Positions 47,838 through 57,199 of a DNA stretch of 64,000 bases are shown here, one piece after another (position 1 is the first letter of the stretch; every line of letters begins with the position of its first letter). This DNA comes from Myxococcota bacterium. GTDB lineage: Bacteria; Myxococcota_A; UBA796; CAJQPC01. The DNA lies in NCBI GenBank assembly GCA_036229005.1, contig JAZAMN010000059.1, positions 115,856 through 179,855 of the forward strand, read 5' to 3'. Made by a program: the position numbers and the translations under genes. The notes below the pieces were generated by a model. It worked only from the letters and a program-made list of their open reading frames with translations, ran no database searches and was not told where the DNA came from.

Positions 47838-48752
47838 TCAGCTCAGGCTGCGGGCGATCCCCATGCGGTCTTCGAGCTGCGAGAGCGTCTGCCGGGTGCG
47901 ATCCCGCCGAGGGTCCAGCGACAGGGTGTGCACCAGCCAACGCCGGGCGCTGCTCAGGCGCTGACGCATCTCCTCGGCCTGGGCGATCAGCTCGCAGATG
48001 TCGGGCACGCGGTGGCCATGGGGCGCCGTCGCGTCCAGCACCGCCAGCGCCTCGTCCGGGCGATCCTGCTCAAGCAGCGCGCGGGCTGCGTCCAGCACCA
48101 GGATCTCCGCGTCCTCCGCCATCTCGCGCCCAGGGACGCACAGATCCGCCGCCTGCAGCCCCCCCTGCACGACCTCCCCCGCTGCGATGGAGAGCCGAGC
48201 GCGATCCAGCCGCAGGGTGTCGTCGTCCGGGCTCCGCTCCAGGGCGGACTCGACCAAGGCCAGCGCCCGGTCGACCATGCCGTTTCGCCCCATCACCTCG
48301 GACGCGATCCCGGCCGCGTAGGAGGGCGCGTTGGGCAGCTCCGCCCACTCCAGGGCCTCGTCCGCCGCCAGGGCGCCCAGGCCGGCGCCCTCGAGCTCCT
48401 GCAGCCGCAGCGCCATGGCCACGTCCCGCTCGATCCCGCGGTGCCAGGCCGTGGTGGCGAAGCGCACGGCCAGCACATGGCAGCCCTTCTCCCCCGCGCG
48501 CTCGGCGGCGGTCAGCAGATCCCCCCCCATGCGCGCGACCAGGTGGTTGGTGAGCTCATCGACCTGCGCGGGCTCCATCCCGCACTCTGGGCAGGCGCCC
48601 CCCTTGGAGGACGCGCCGCAGTTTGCACAGGCGCCCTCCTCGAGACGCCGGAGCGGCCCACGCCACGGCGCAAGCTTGACCGGGCGGCCCTTCTGATCGA
48701 GCTGCACATCCCGCAGCTCGCCCTTCACCTCTCGCGTACCCCAACGGCTCAT
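47838..48752 (-). CDS. Zn-ribbon + TPR protein (start uncertain)
   Basis: CANC...CPECG; ALERSPDD and LSLDP TPR-like motifs. Confidence 0.7.
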   Translation of the reverse strand: MSRWGTREVKGELRDVQLDQKGRPVKLAPWRGPLRRLEEGACANCGASSKGGACPECGMEPAQVDELTNHLVARMGGDLLTAAERAGEKGCHVLAVRFATTAWHRGIERDVAMALRLQELEGAGLGALAADEALEWAELPNAPSYAAGIASEVMGRNGMVDRALALVESALERSPDDDTLRLDRARLSIAAGEVVQGGLQAADLCVPGREMAEDAEILVLDAARALLEQDRPDEALAVLDATAPHGHRVPDICELIAQAEEMRQRLSSARRWLVHTLSLDPRRDRTRQTLSQLEDRMGIARSLS

Positions 48753-48796
48753 GTCCAGACTCGACGCTCCCTGGTCCTCTGGATTACCACGCCGCT

Positions 48797-49720
48797 GTGA
48801 AGGTGCCTGTGCGTACAAAGACATGGATCCCGCTGGTTGTGGTCTCGGTGCTGGTGGCCGGAGTGGCCTTTCTGCGCTCCAGCCAGGAGACCGGACCCCA
48901 AGACAATGGCCAATCGGCGGGCATCGAGCCCTCACAGGCCTCTGTCCCCCCGGGCGAGCTGCACCTGCGCCTGCTGCCCTCCGACGGCCGCGACGTGAAA
49001 GACTGTCAAGCCAACCTCTGGGTGCGCAGCGATCGGGGCCTCAAGATGAACGCCCAGGATCGCCCCGCCTGCGTCCAGGGCGCCGTGCACATGGAGGGCC
49101 TCGCCCCCGGCCCCTACCGCCTACAGGTCCAGATCCGCGGCATGGATCTCTACGAACACGACTTCAACCTGGGCCCTGACCACGGCCTGGACCTGGGCAC
49201 TGTCGAGGTCGGCCCCGGCGGGATCATCACCGGCGTGGTCACCTTCGAGGGCGCCCCCGCAGAGGGCGCGTTCGTCCGGGTCCAGGGCAAGGAGGAGCAG
49301 ATCCCCGTGATGCCCGAGGGCCGCTTCCGCCTGGCCGGCGCGCCGGTCGGCCCGATGGTCCTGGAGGCCGCGACCGCGACCGCCCTCTACGGAAAGACCC
49401 AGGTCCAGGTGGTCGAGGATCACCCCGCGGAGATCGAGATCGCCCTGTCCCCCCTCAAGGGCAGCGGGGTGCTCGGCGTGCGGCTGGTCTCCGACACCGG
49501 GGCCCACCGCATCGACGCGATCCACCCCCAGAGCAACGCCGCAGGACGCCTCTCCGTCGGCGAGGTCATCGTCGCCGTGGACGGCACCTCGGTGGTCGAG
49601 ATGGACAAGCCGCAGGTCAGCGCCATGCTCTCCGGCGAGCCCGGCACCAGCGTGAACATCACCCTGCAGGACGGCCGCGAGGTCAGCGTGGAGCGGGTGC
49701 CCCAGGGCCGCCTGCAGTAG
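48797..49720 (+). CDS. Membrane-anchored carboxypeptidase-regulatory-like (Ig) + PDZ protein
   Basis: N-terminal TM; GLAPGPY, ITGVV...GA.V; GVLGV...GEVIVAVDG...LSGEPGTSVNITL. Confidence 0.8.
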   Translation: MKVPVRTKTWIPLVVVSVLVAGVAFLRSSQETGPQDNGQSAGIEPSQASVPPGELHLRLLPSDGRDVKDCQANLWVRSDRGLKMNAQDRPACVQGAVHMEGLAPGPYRLQVQIRGMDLYEHDFNLGPDHGLDLGTVEVGPGGIITGVVTFEGAPAEGAFVRVQGKEEQIPVMPEGRFRLAGAPVGPMVLEAATATALYGKTQVQVVEDHPAEIEIALSPLKGSGVLGVRLVSDTGAHRIDAIHPQSNAAGRLSVGEVIVAVDGTSVVEMDKPQVSAMLSGEPGTSVNITLQDGREVSVERVPQGRLQ

Positions 49721-51512
49721 ACCCGCTGGCGGAGCCGGCCCCGGTGTCCTCGCATGCGGCGACCCGTCCTGCGGTGGTGATGCCGACCACGTCGTCCGGG
49801 CGGTGGGCCATGAGCGCCTCGTGCACCTCACGAGCCGCCAGACAGCGTCCCTGAGCGGCCAGCAGCTCCACGGCGTCCCGGGCCAGGCCCCGATCCCCGG
49901 GGTAGTCCCGCACCCACGCCATGAACCAGGGCTCCGCACCCAGGTCCCAGCGCTGCGGCGTGCGCGCCTGCATCGCCAGCCGCTGCCGCACCGCGCTCCC
50001 CTGCTCCCGCCCCGCCTTGCTGATCACCCGGGCGTAGAGCCCATCGGCCTGCTCCAGGTCGCCGGACTTCTCGAGCGCGACCGCCAGGGCCATGGCCTTT
50101 GCGCTGCTGACGGGGTTCTCCAGGTGGGCGGTGCGCGCCTGGGCCAGCTCGGGGGGCTCGCCGACCTGGAGCGTGGTGAGGGCGTCACGGAACACGGGCG
50201 CCCGGTGCCCTGGCTCGCCGTCCCCATCCAGCGCGACCAGGTAGCCGACCCGGTTGAGCCAGACGCCCTGCAGGCGGTGGTGCTCGATGAGCAGGTAGCG
50301 GGGGATGCCGTCCTCGTCCGCGAACTCCAGCGCGTGGGCGGTCCAGCCGGGCCCGCGGGGCTCGGGGGGGCTCACCTCGGTAGCGGTGCCGTCGATCAGG
50401 CGGCCCCAGTCCTCCTCCAGGACCTCGCCGACCAGGGGATCCCCGCCCTCCACGGCGGACCAGGTGAGCTCGGCCAGGCCGCAGAAGAGCAGCTCGTCGG
50501 AGTTGGGGTTGGTGCGCCAGGCGGGCATTCCGCGCACGCGCACCTCGTAGCCGGGGTCCGGGAGCAGGCGCCCAGGCAGCTCCAGGCTCGCGCCGACCTC
50601 CTCCAGCATGACCTCGTGGGTGGACCAGAGGGCATAGGGCAGGTGACGCAGCACGGGCCCCAGCAAGAGCGGTGAGACACAGAGCGCCGCGACCGCAGCC
50701 GGCATCCTCCAGCCCTCTTCCCTGGAGAGGAACGCGGGCTTGTGCAGACCGGCGGCCAGGACACCGCCCAGGAATCCGCCCACGTGTGCGGCGTGGGAGA
50801 CGTTGGCGACGGTGAGGGTGTTGGCGACCAGCACAAAGGCCAGCGCCAGGTTGCCGAAGCCGTAGTAGCGGCGCTGATCGGGCGGCAGGGTGTCCCCAAA
50901 GCGGAAGCCGATGGCGAGCTGAGCACCCAGGAGCCCAAAGGCCAGGATCGAGCTCCCGATCACCGGAATGCGCTGCAACAGGGAGACGGCCAGGGCGCCC
51001 ACGAGCAGAGCGGCGCCCGCGACGGCCAGGTAGCCGGCCCGGCCCAGAGCGCGCTCGCAGCGGTACCCGGAGTAGCCGATGACGGCCATGTTCCCGAGCA
51101 GGTGCAGCGCGAAGTTCGCGTGGGTGAGCTGTGAGGTCCATGGGGTCCACCAGCGCCCGTCGAACGCCAGCGCGTCATAGCCCACGCCCGCCTGCGAGAA
51201 GAAGGGCAGCATGCCCGCCAGCCAGCCCATCTGCGCAGCCACCTGGAGCAGGCCGAAGGCCACGATCAGCGCGGACACCGAGATGGAGACCCAGGCCCGG
51301 GGCGGGTTCGCAAAGCGGCGGGCCATCGCGGCGCCGGGGGCCTTGAAGTCCTCGGCGAGCTGCGGGATGCGGGCGAGCTCCTGGAAGTCGTCGCCGGTCC
51401 AGGGGGCGTGCCGGAGCTGGGCGTGACCGGGCACCTCCCCCCGCTGGATGCGGTCGGAGAGGTCCTGGAGGTCCACGGGGACGCAGTCCCCTTCGTGCAA
51501 AAGCTCGGCCAC
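49683..51512 (-). CDS. Rhomboid intramembrane serine protease with long soluble extensions
   Basis: WW...TSQLTHA, HLLGN, ER.LG, IGSS, AHVGG..GG. Confidence 0.82.
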   Translation of the reverse strand: MAELLHEGDCVPVDLQDLSDRIQRGEVPGHAQLRHAPWTGDDFQELARIPQLAEDFKAPGAAMARRFANPPRAWVSISVSALIVAFGLLQVAAQMGWLAGMLPFFSQAGVGYDALAFDGRWWTPWTSQLTHANFALHLLGNMAVIGYSGYRCERALGRAGYLAVAGAALLVGALAVSLLQRIPVIGSSILAFGLLGAQLAIGFRFGDTLPPDQRRYYGFGNLALAFVLVANTLTVANVSHAAHVGGFLGGVLAAGLHKPAFLSREEGWRMPAAVAALCVSPLLLGPVLRHLPYALWSTHEVMLEEVGASLELPGRLLPDPGYEVRVRGMPAWRTNPNSDELLFCGLAELTWSAVEGGDPLVGEVLEEDWGRLIDGTATEVSPPEPRGPGWTAHALEFADEDGIPRYLLIEHHRLQGVWLNRVGYLVALDGDGEPGHRAPVFRDALTTLQVGEPPELAQARTAHLENPVSSAKAMALAVALEKSGDLEQADGLYARVISKAGREQGSAVRQRLAMQARTPQRWDLGAEPWFMAWVRDYPGDRGLARDAVELLAAQGRCLAAREVHEALMAHRPDDVVGITTAGRVAACEDTGAGSASGSTAGGPGAPAPR

Positions 51513-51558
51513 GGGGCAAAGGTAGCCCACGCGGCCCGACAAGGCGCGGCGCCGGCCC

Positions 51559-52995
51559 TCAGACGGAGAGCTCCGGGCGCGCCCCCAGGGCCTCGGCGAA
51601 GGGCGCCAGCGCGGGCTCCACCTCGTGCTCCAGGAAGGCCGCGACCTGCTCGGGGGCCCGACCGATGAAGCTCGCGGGGTCCAGCAGGCTCTCCAGATCG
51701 CCGTGGATGGGGGCAAAGAAGGGGTCGGCCCGCACGCGGTCCAGCAGGTCGTTGTCTCCGCCCTCCATCTTCACCACGCGCGCGGCGTCCATGGAGTGCA
51801 CGCGGATGGCCTCGTGGACCTCCTGCCGGTCGGCGCCGCGCTGCACCATCGCCATGATCAGGTTCTCGGTCGCCATGAAGGGGAGCTCAGAGGCGATGCG
51901 GCGCTGGATCACCGCGGGGTACACCACCAGCCCCGAGAAGACGTTCGACAACACCTGCAGCACCCCGTCCGCAGCGAGGAACGACTCGGGCAGGGACATG
52001 CGCCGGTTGGCCGAGTCGTCCAGGCTGCGCTCCATCCACTGCAGCGCCGCGGTCCACGCGCTGTCCTGGCTGAGGGTGATGATGTGGCGGCTCAGGGCAC
52101 ACACCCGCTCGGAGCGCATGGGGTTGCGCTTGTAGGCCATCGCCGAGGACCCGATCTGCGACTTGCCGAAGGGCTCCTCGAGCTCCTTGAGGTTGGCCAG
52201 CAGGCGGATGTCGGTCGCGATGTGGTGGGCGGTGGCGCCGAAGCTGGCCAGCGCGCTGAGCACCTCGTGGTCCACCTTTCGGGTGTAGGTCTGGCCCGTC
52301 ACCCGGTAGGCGCTCTCGAAGCCAAAGGCCTCGGTGACCTTGGCGTCCAGGGCCTCGACCTTGTCGTGGTCACCGCCAAAGAGCGCCAGGAAGCTGGCCT
52401 GGGTGCCGGTGGTCCCCTTCACGCCGCGGAAGCGCAGGTCCCCCCGCACGCGCTGCAGCGCCCGCAGGTCCATCAGCAGCTCCTGCAGCCACAGGCAGGC
52501 GCGCTTGCCCACCGTGGTGAGCTGGGCGGGCTGGTAGTGGGTGAAGCCCAGGGTGGGCTGGTCGGCGTACTCCCGGGCGAAGTTCGCCAGGTGGTGGATC
52601 GCGTTGGCCAGCTTGGGGATCAGCAGGTCCAGCGCCTCGCGAAGCACGACCAGGTCGGTGTTGTCGCCCACATAGCAGCTCGTGGCCCCCAGGTGGATGA
52701 TGGCCTTGGCCTCGGGGATCTGGTCCCCCCACGCGTGCACGTGGGCCATCACGTCGTGGCGGAAGCGCCGCTCGTACTCGGCGGCCGCCGGGTAGTCGAT
52801 GTCCTCCAGGCTGGCCTCCATGGCCTCGATCTGCTCGGGCTGGATGTTCAGGCCCAGCTCCATCTCCGCGCGGGCCAGGGCCAGCCACAGCCGACGCCAG
52901 GTGCTGAACTTGTGGTGCGGCGAGAACAGGAAGCTCATGTCCTCGCTGGCGTACCGAGAGACCAGGGGGTGTTCGTAGAGACGCTTTTGGCTCAT
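51559..52995 (-). CDS. purB: Adenylosuccinate lyase
   Basis: [49 protein letters not shown] before ATG 52995. Confidence 0.96.
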   Translation of the reverse strand: MSQKRLYEHPLVSRYASEDMSFLFSPHHKFSTWRRLWLALARAEMELGLNIQPEQIEAMEASLEDIDYPAAAEYERRFRHDVMAHVHAWGDQIPEAKAIIHLGATSCYVGDNTDLVVLREALDLLIPKLANAIHHLANFAREYADQPTLGFTHYQPAQLTTVGKRACLWLQELLMDLRALQRVRGDLRFRGVKGTTGTQASFLALFGGDHDKVEALDAKVTEAFGFESAYRVTGQTYTRKVDHEVLSALASFGATAHHIATDIRLLANLKELEEPFGKSQIGSSAMAYKRNPMRSERVCALSRHIITLSQDSAWTAALQWMERSLDDSANRRMSLPESFLAADGVLQVLSNVFSGLVVYPAVIQRRIASELPFMATENLIMAMVQRGADRQEVHEAIRVHSMDAARVVKMEGGDNDLLDRVRADPFFAPIHGDLESLLDPASFIGRAPEQVAAFLEHEVEPALAPFAEALGARPELSV

Positions 52996-53087
52996 GGTGG
53001 ACCTCCGAGTGGGAGGGCGCCTAACCATCCCCTCGCCCCCTGGGCCCAACGCGCTACCCTTGGCACAGCAGGGGCACAGGAGACACC

Positions 53088-54053
53088 GTGTTGTTTGTTT
53101 TGTTGACGGCCTGCCGATGCGCGGCCCCCGGCGACTCCGCCGACACCGGCAGCGATCCTTGGCTGCTCGTCGGGGACAGGCTCGGTGAGACGGTGCTCTT
53201 GGGTGCCTGGTCCACCGACTCCGAGATGTTGATCGTCGGAGGCGACCTGGGATCCGACTCGGCCCGAGGTGACCTGATCCGCATCGGTCCCGACTCCGCC
53301 TGCGCGCAGAGAGGCGTGGCGGACCAGCCCCTGTGGTGGATCCACGGCCAATCCGCGCAGGACTGGTGGGCGGTGGGCAACCAAGGCACCGCGCTGCACT
53401 GGGACGGCGCCGCGCTGACGGCCCACCCGGTCCCCACCACGGCCAACCTCTTCGGCGTCTACACCTACCCGGACGGCACGGTCTGGACCGTGGGCGGCAC
53501 CCCCGCCAACAACCAGGGCGAGATCTGGCGCTGGGACGGGGGCCAGTGGGTGCAGGTCCAGAGCGGCATCGACGGCTTGACCTTCAAGGTGTGGGAGGAC
53601 TGGATCGTCGGGGTCGAGCAGGCCTGGAGGATCCAGGGAGAGTCGGTCCAACCCATCGACACCCAGGGCCGGCTCATCACCGTGAGAGGCCGCAGCGCAG
53701 ACGAGGTCATCGCGGTGGGCGGCGAGGCCGGCCCCTTGATCCTGGAGCGCGACGGCGAGAGCTGGTCCGAGATCGACGGGGCCCGCCTGAACGGCCCCCT
53801 CAACGGGGTGTGGACGGCGCCGGGCGAGACGGTCTGGGTGGCCGGGAACTACGGCGTGATGGGGCAACTCGGCGCCGACGGCTGGGAGATCCCAGACTTC
53901 CCCCTCACGGCCGAGCACTTCCACGCCGTCTGGCAGTGGGACGGGGCCATGTGGTGGCTGGGGGGCAACTACTTCACCCAGGGCAACAACTACGGCACCC
54001 TGGCCTGCCACGGCTGCGACCGCAGCATCGAGAGCCTCCCGGACTGCGAGTAG
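53088..54053 (+). CDS. Beta-propeller-like repeat lipoprotein
   Basis: [16 protein letters not shown]; repeated L.G(V)W....VW.VG..G....WDG units. Confidence 0.78.
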   Translation: MLFVLLTACRCAAPGDSADTGSDPWLLVGDRLGETVLLGAWSTDSEMLIVGGDLGSDSARGDLIRIGPDSACAQRGVADQPLWWIHGQSAQDWWAVGNQGTALHWDGAALTAHPVPTTANLFGVYTYPDGTVWTVGGTPANNQGEIWRWDGGQWVQVQSGIDGLTFKVWEDWIVGVEQAWRIQGESVQPIDTQGRLITVRGRSADEVIAVGGEAGPLILERDGESWSEIDGARLNGPLNGVWTAPGETVWVAGNYGVMGQLGADGWEIPDFPLTAEHFHAVWQWDGAMWWLGGNYFTQGNNYGTLACHGCDRSIESLPDCE

Positions 54054-54066
54054 GCCCAGAGCCAGA

Positions 54067-54094
54067 CGGGGCGGCCCCCGAGAGGACCGCCCCG
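54067..54094. terminator. Hairpin between convergent genes
   Basis: CGGGGCGG...CCGCCCCG 8-bp stem. Confidence 0.5.
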
Positions 54095-54120
54095 CTTGAG
54101 CACGCCCGTGGGCGGCCCGC

Positions 54121-56190
54121 TCAGTTCTCGGTGCCGGGGACCACGACCACGATGTCGAGGCTGTCCAGCAGCAGGGTGTCGTCGCCGAACACGTTGAGCG
54201 TCATGGTGAAGAGCTGGTCTTCCGGCGTAGCGGGGACCGTGCCGGCAAAGTTCAGGGTGAAGTCCAGGGACTCGATGCCCTCCCACTCGATGTCCTCGTA
54301 GTACTCGGGGGAGATGGACTCGACCATGCCGTAGGTGTCGCCCTCGACCTCCAGGGAGATCTTCTCGAACTGCACGCTGGCAACGAGCTGCTCGACCGCG
54401 GTGACGACGTTGTTCTTGAACTCCTCGGCGAAGCTCGCGCCGCCCTGGGGCACCTCGAACACCAGCACATCGTCGACCTCGCCGTCGCCGTCCAGGTCCG
54501 CGAGGGAGTTGGTGCGCTCGGCCAGGTCGGTCATCTGCTCGGAGGGGGAGTAGCCGGCGTAGGAGCCCACGTTCACGCCGATGATGTAGCCACCCAGGTC
54601 GGCCAGGGCGGCCACGACATCATCGGAGCCTGCGTCCATCGGGCAGCCGCCCGGGGTCGCGGTCAGGCCGACGCTGCTGTAGGTGCCCAGCGAGTAGTCG
54701 GGGTCGCGCATGTAGATGTCGGTCGCGTAGACCATGACGGGCAGGGAGTAGTCGCGGAAGCCGAAGCCACCCTTGGTGCCGCTGCCGCTGACCGTGCTGC
54801 TGTAGGAGCCGGTCGCGCTGCCCCCGAAGGCATCCCCGGAGTTGGAGATGAAGGGCGGCACGTCGTCGGTCCCGTCGTAGGCGCCGTCACAGTTCTGGTC
54901 GTAGCCCATGCCGGTGGCGCCCTGGTACAGGGCCTCCATGTCGGACTCCTGGCCATCTGCGCCGGAGTGGAGCTGAATGTTGTTCAGCTCGTTCTGCATG
55001 TCCGACTCGGAGTTCGTGATCTGCTGCAGCAGCTTGAAGGGCTTGTCCTGGCTGGAGCCCATGGAGCCGTAGTTGTAGTCGTCGAACTGGGCCAGACCGA
55101 AGGCCATGTTCTCGAAGGTGCCGGCAAGCTCGGTCACGATCTCACCGAAGCGGTCCGCTGTGGCCTGCATGGTGCTGCTCATCGAGCCGGTGGTGTCGAT
55201 GAGGAAGGCGATGTCGCCGTACTGGATGCGGGGCTCGAACTCGAAGATCTCCTCGACGTTGGAGCGCTCCTGCACCTCGACGTAGACGCCGGTGATGGTG
55301 GACTCGGCGTCCAGGGGGTTGGTGCCCGCGGCGAGCTCAGCGCCGTCGGTCTGGCCGTCGCCGTCGGAGTCGGAGTCGTAGGCGTCGGTCCCGTAGATGT
55401 TGATCTCGTCGGCGTCGCTCAGGCCGTCGCCGTCGGAGTCGAGGTCCGCGGAGTCGTAGGTGCCGTCGCCGTCCGCGTCGCTGGGGACGCCGCAGACGCC
55501 GCTGACCTTGCCCTCGGCGGAGTCCAGCAGGCCGTCGTCGTCGGAGTCGGTGTCCCGGTAGTCGTAGATGCCGTCGCCGTCGGAGTCGGTGGGCTCCTCG
55601 CGGTAGGCGGTGGTGCCGCCCTCGTACATGTCGCAGAGGAAGTCGTTGTCCGAGTCCTCGTCCATGTAGTCGGGGGTGCCGTCCAGGTCGGTGTCCACGG
55701 GGCTGCCCAGGGTGGTGATCTCCCAGAGGTCCGTGATGCCGTCGCCGTCGTTGTCGAAGTCCCGGAAGTCGGGGACGCCGTCAGCGTCCGTGTCCACACC
55801 CCACTTGGGCTTGCTGCCCGACTCATCCTCGTCCAGGACCTGGTTGTCGTCGGAGTCCAGGTCCAGGTAGTCCGGGGTGCCGTCCAGGTCGGTGTCGAAG
55901 GGCATGGTGTAGAGGTCGTCGTCGCCAGACTCCGCCTCGTCCAGCAGGCCGTCGTTGTCGGAGTCGGTGTCCAGATAGTCCGGCGTGCCGTCCCCGTCGG
56001 TGTCCACCGAACCGTCCTCGCTGTAGCCCTCGTGGGCGTCCAGGATGCCGTCGTCGTCCTGGTCGTTGTCCACGGGAGGGGGCTGGGTGTCGACGAGCTC
56101 GGTGTCCGCGGTGTCTTCACCCGAGGAGTCCTTCCCCTCGCAGGCAAGGAGTCCGATGAGGCCGAAAGAGGCGAGCAGAGAGAGGGTCAT
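54121..56190 (-). CDS. Lipoprotein with thrombospondin-type-3-like Ca-binding repeats and vWA domain
   Basis: LLAC; many DxDxDG..DY.D.DSD.D units; FLIDTTGSM MIDAS; GADGQES..EALYQ; GFR...VYATD. Confidence 0.85.
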   Translation of the reverse strand: MTLSLLASFGLIGLLACEGKDSSGEDTADTELVDTQPPPVDNDQDDDGILDAHEGYSEDGSVDTDGDGTPDYLDTDSDNDGLLDEAESGDDDLYTMPFDTDLDGTPDYLDLDSDDNQVLDEDESGSKPKWGVDTDADGVPDFRDFDNDGDGITDLWEITTLGSPVDTDLDGTPDYMDEDSDNDFLCDMYEGGTTAYREEPTDSDGDGIYDYRDTDSDDDGLLDSAEGKVSGVCGVPSDADGDGTYDSADLDSDGDGLSDADEINIYGTDAYDSDSDGDGQTDGAELAAGTNPLDAESTITGVYVEVQERSNVEEIFEFEPRIQYGDIAFLIDTTGSMSSTMQATADRFGEIVTELAGTFENMAFGLAQFDDYNYGSMGSSQDKPFKLLQQITNSESDMQNELNNIQLHSGADGQESDMEALYQGATGMGYDQNCDGAYDGTDDVPPFISNSGDAFGGSATGSYSSTVSGSGTKGGFGFRDYSLPVMVYATDIYMRDPDYSLGTYSSVGLTATPGGCPMDAGSDDVVAALADLGGYIIGVNVGSYAGYSPSEQMTDLAERTNSLADLDGDGEVDDVLVFEVPQGGASFAEEFKNNVVTAVEQLVASVQFEKISLEVEGDTYGMVESISPEYYEDIEWEGIESLDFTLNFAGTVPATPEDQLFTMTLNVFGDDTLLLDSLDIVVVVPGTEN
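55340..56070 (-). repeat. Intragenic degenerate tandem repeats encoding DxDxDG motifs
   Basis: Recurring gtcgccgtc/gtcggagtc/ggtgccgtccaggtcggtgtc units. Confidence 0.75.
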
Positions 56191-56365
56191 GGGCACACTC
56201 GGGGTGTCAACGTCAGGGAGGTCGAAGCTACCACACTGTACGGCGGGTCGGTGTCATGTGTGACATGGGAAACTCTCCTGCGGAAGCCTGACCTCGTAGG
56301 AGCCCGAAAGGCTGACAATCTGCGCGTCCGGTTAGGTGTGTGGGGTTGAGCAAAGGAGCCTCTGC

Positions 56366-57199
56366 ATGAGCAACACCCTCTCCCTCGCTGGCGGACTCGT
56401 CGGAGGCCTCGTCCTGGGGCTCGGCGTCGGCTACGTCCTCCACGGCTTCCTCGCCGACCCCGTCGAGGTCATCGTCTCCGAGCCGACGGTCATCAAGGAG
56501 AACCTGACGGCCGAGGAGATCGCCGCCTTCTGCGAGGACGAGGTGAAGGGGGAGCGCGCTGCTCTGGGCACCGCCCAGGACAAGGTCACCGATCTGCAGG
56601 CCCGCCTGGACGCCCGCAACGCCGAGCTTGAGACCCTGCGCCAGGAGACCGAGCAGAAGAAGGCCGCTGCCGGAGCCGCCTGGAAGGAGATGAAGGAGAA
56701 GCTCGCCACGATGGAGGCCGAGGTCGCCCGCCTCGAGACGGAGCTCCAGGCGGCAGAGCAGGAGCGCGACGAGCTGCTGGTCGAGCTCAAGGACACCGTG
56801 GTCAAGCTGGAGCGGCAGATCAAGGAGACCCAGCGCCAGAAGGAGCGGGCCGACAAGTTCAAGGCCGAGTCCCACGAGAACCTCTGGACCACCTTCTCGG
56901 CCGAGGCCAAGGTGGAGATCTGCGACCGCGGCTCCCGCCGACGCCACGAGAAGTGTCACGAGGCGGTGGACCAGGCCCTGACCGGCGCGCTGGTCAAGCA
57001 GCGCTTCATGGACTGCGTGGACACCAACCAAGCCACGCCCAGCCTGGTGCAGGCGGACCGCACCGACCGCAAGAGCGACACGCTTCCGCCCTTTGCCGAG
57101 TGGCTGGACGACGACGCGCGCTTCACCAACAAGGGCTGGTACGTGCAGTACTGCGACCCGACCCTGCCGGAGTCCAGCGTGGGCCAGGACCCGGGCTGA
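56366..57199 (+). CDS. Membrane-anchored coiled-coil protein with Cys-containing C-terminal domain
   Basis: AAGGAG SD; N-terminal TM; long E/K/Q-rich heptad region. Confidence 0.78.
   Translation: MSNTLSLAGGLVGGLVLGLGVGYVLHGFLADPVEVIVSEPTVIKENLTAEEIAAFCEDEVKGERAALGTAQDKVTDLQARLDARNAELETLRQETEQKKAAAGAAWKEMKEKLATMEAEVARLETELQAAEQERDELLVELKDTVVKLERQIKETQRQKERADKFKAESHENLWTTFSAEAKVEICDRGSRRRHEKCHEAVDQALTGALVKQRFMDCVDTNQATPSLVQADRTDRKSDTLPPFAEWLDDDARFTNKGWYVQYCDPTLPESSVGQDPG

Noticed and set aside
55340..56070. Repetitive DNA resembling an array
   Set aside because: The repeats are degenerate, in frame and encode Asp-rich Ca-binding motifs; there is no constant repeat/unique spacer pattern, so it is not CRISPR.
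56266..56330. Possible c-di-GMP riboswitch (GGGAAAC..., CCGAAAGG)
   Set aside because: The stems and conserved positions of the GEMM motif could not be assembled by eye; an Rfam scan would be needed.
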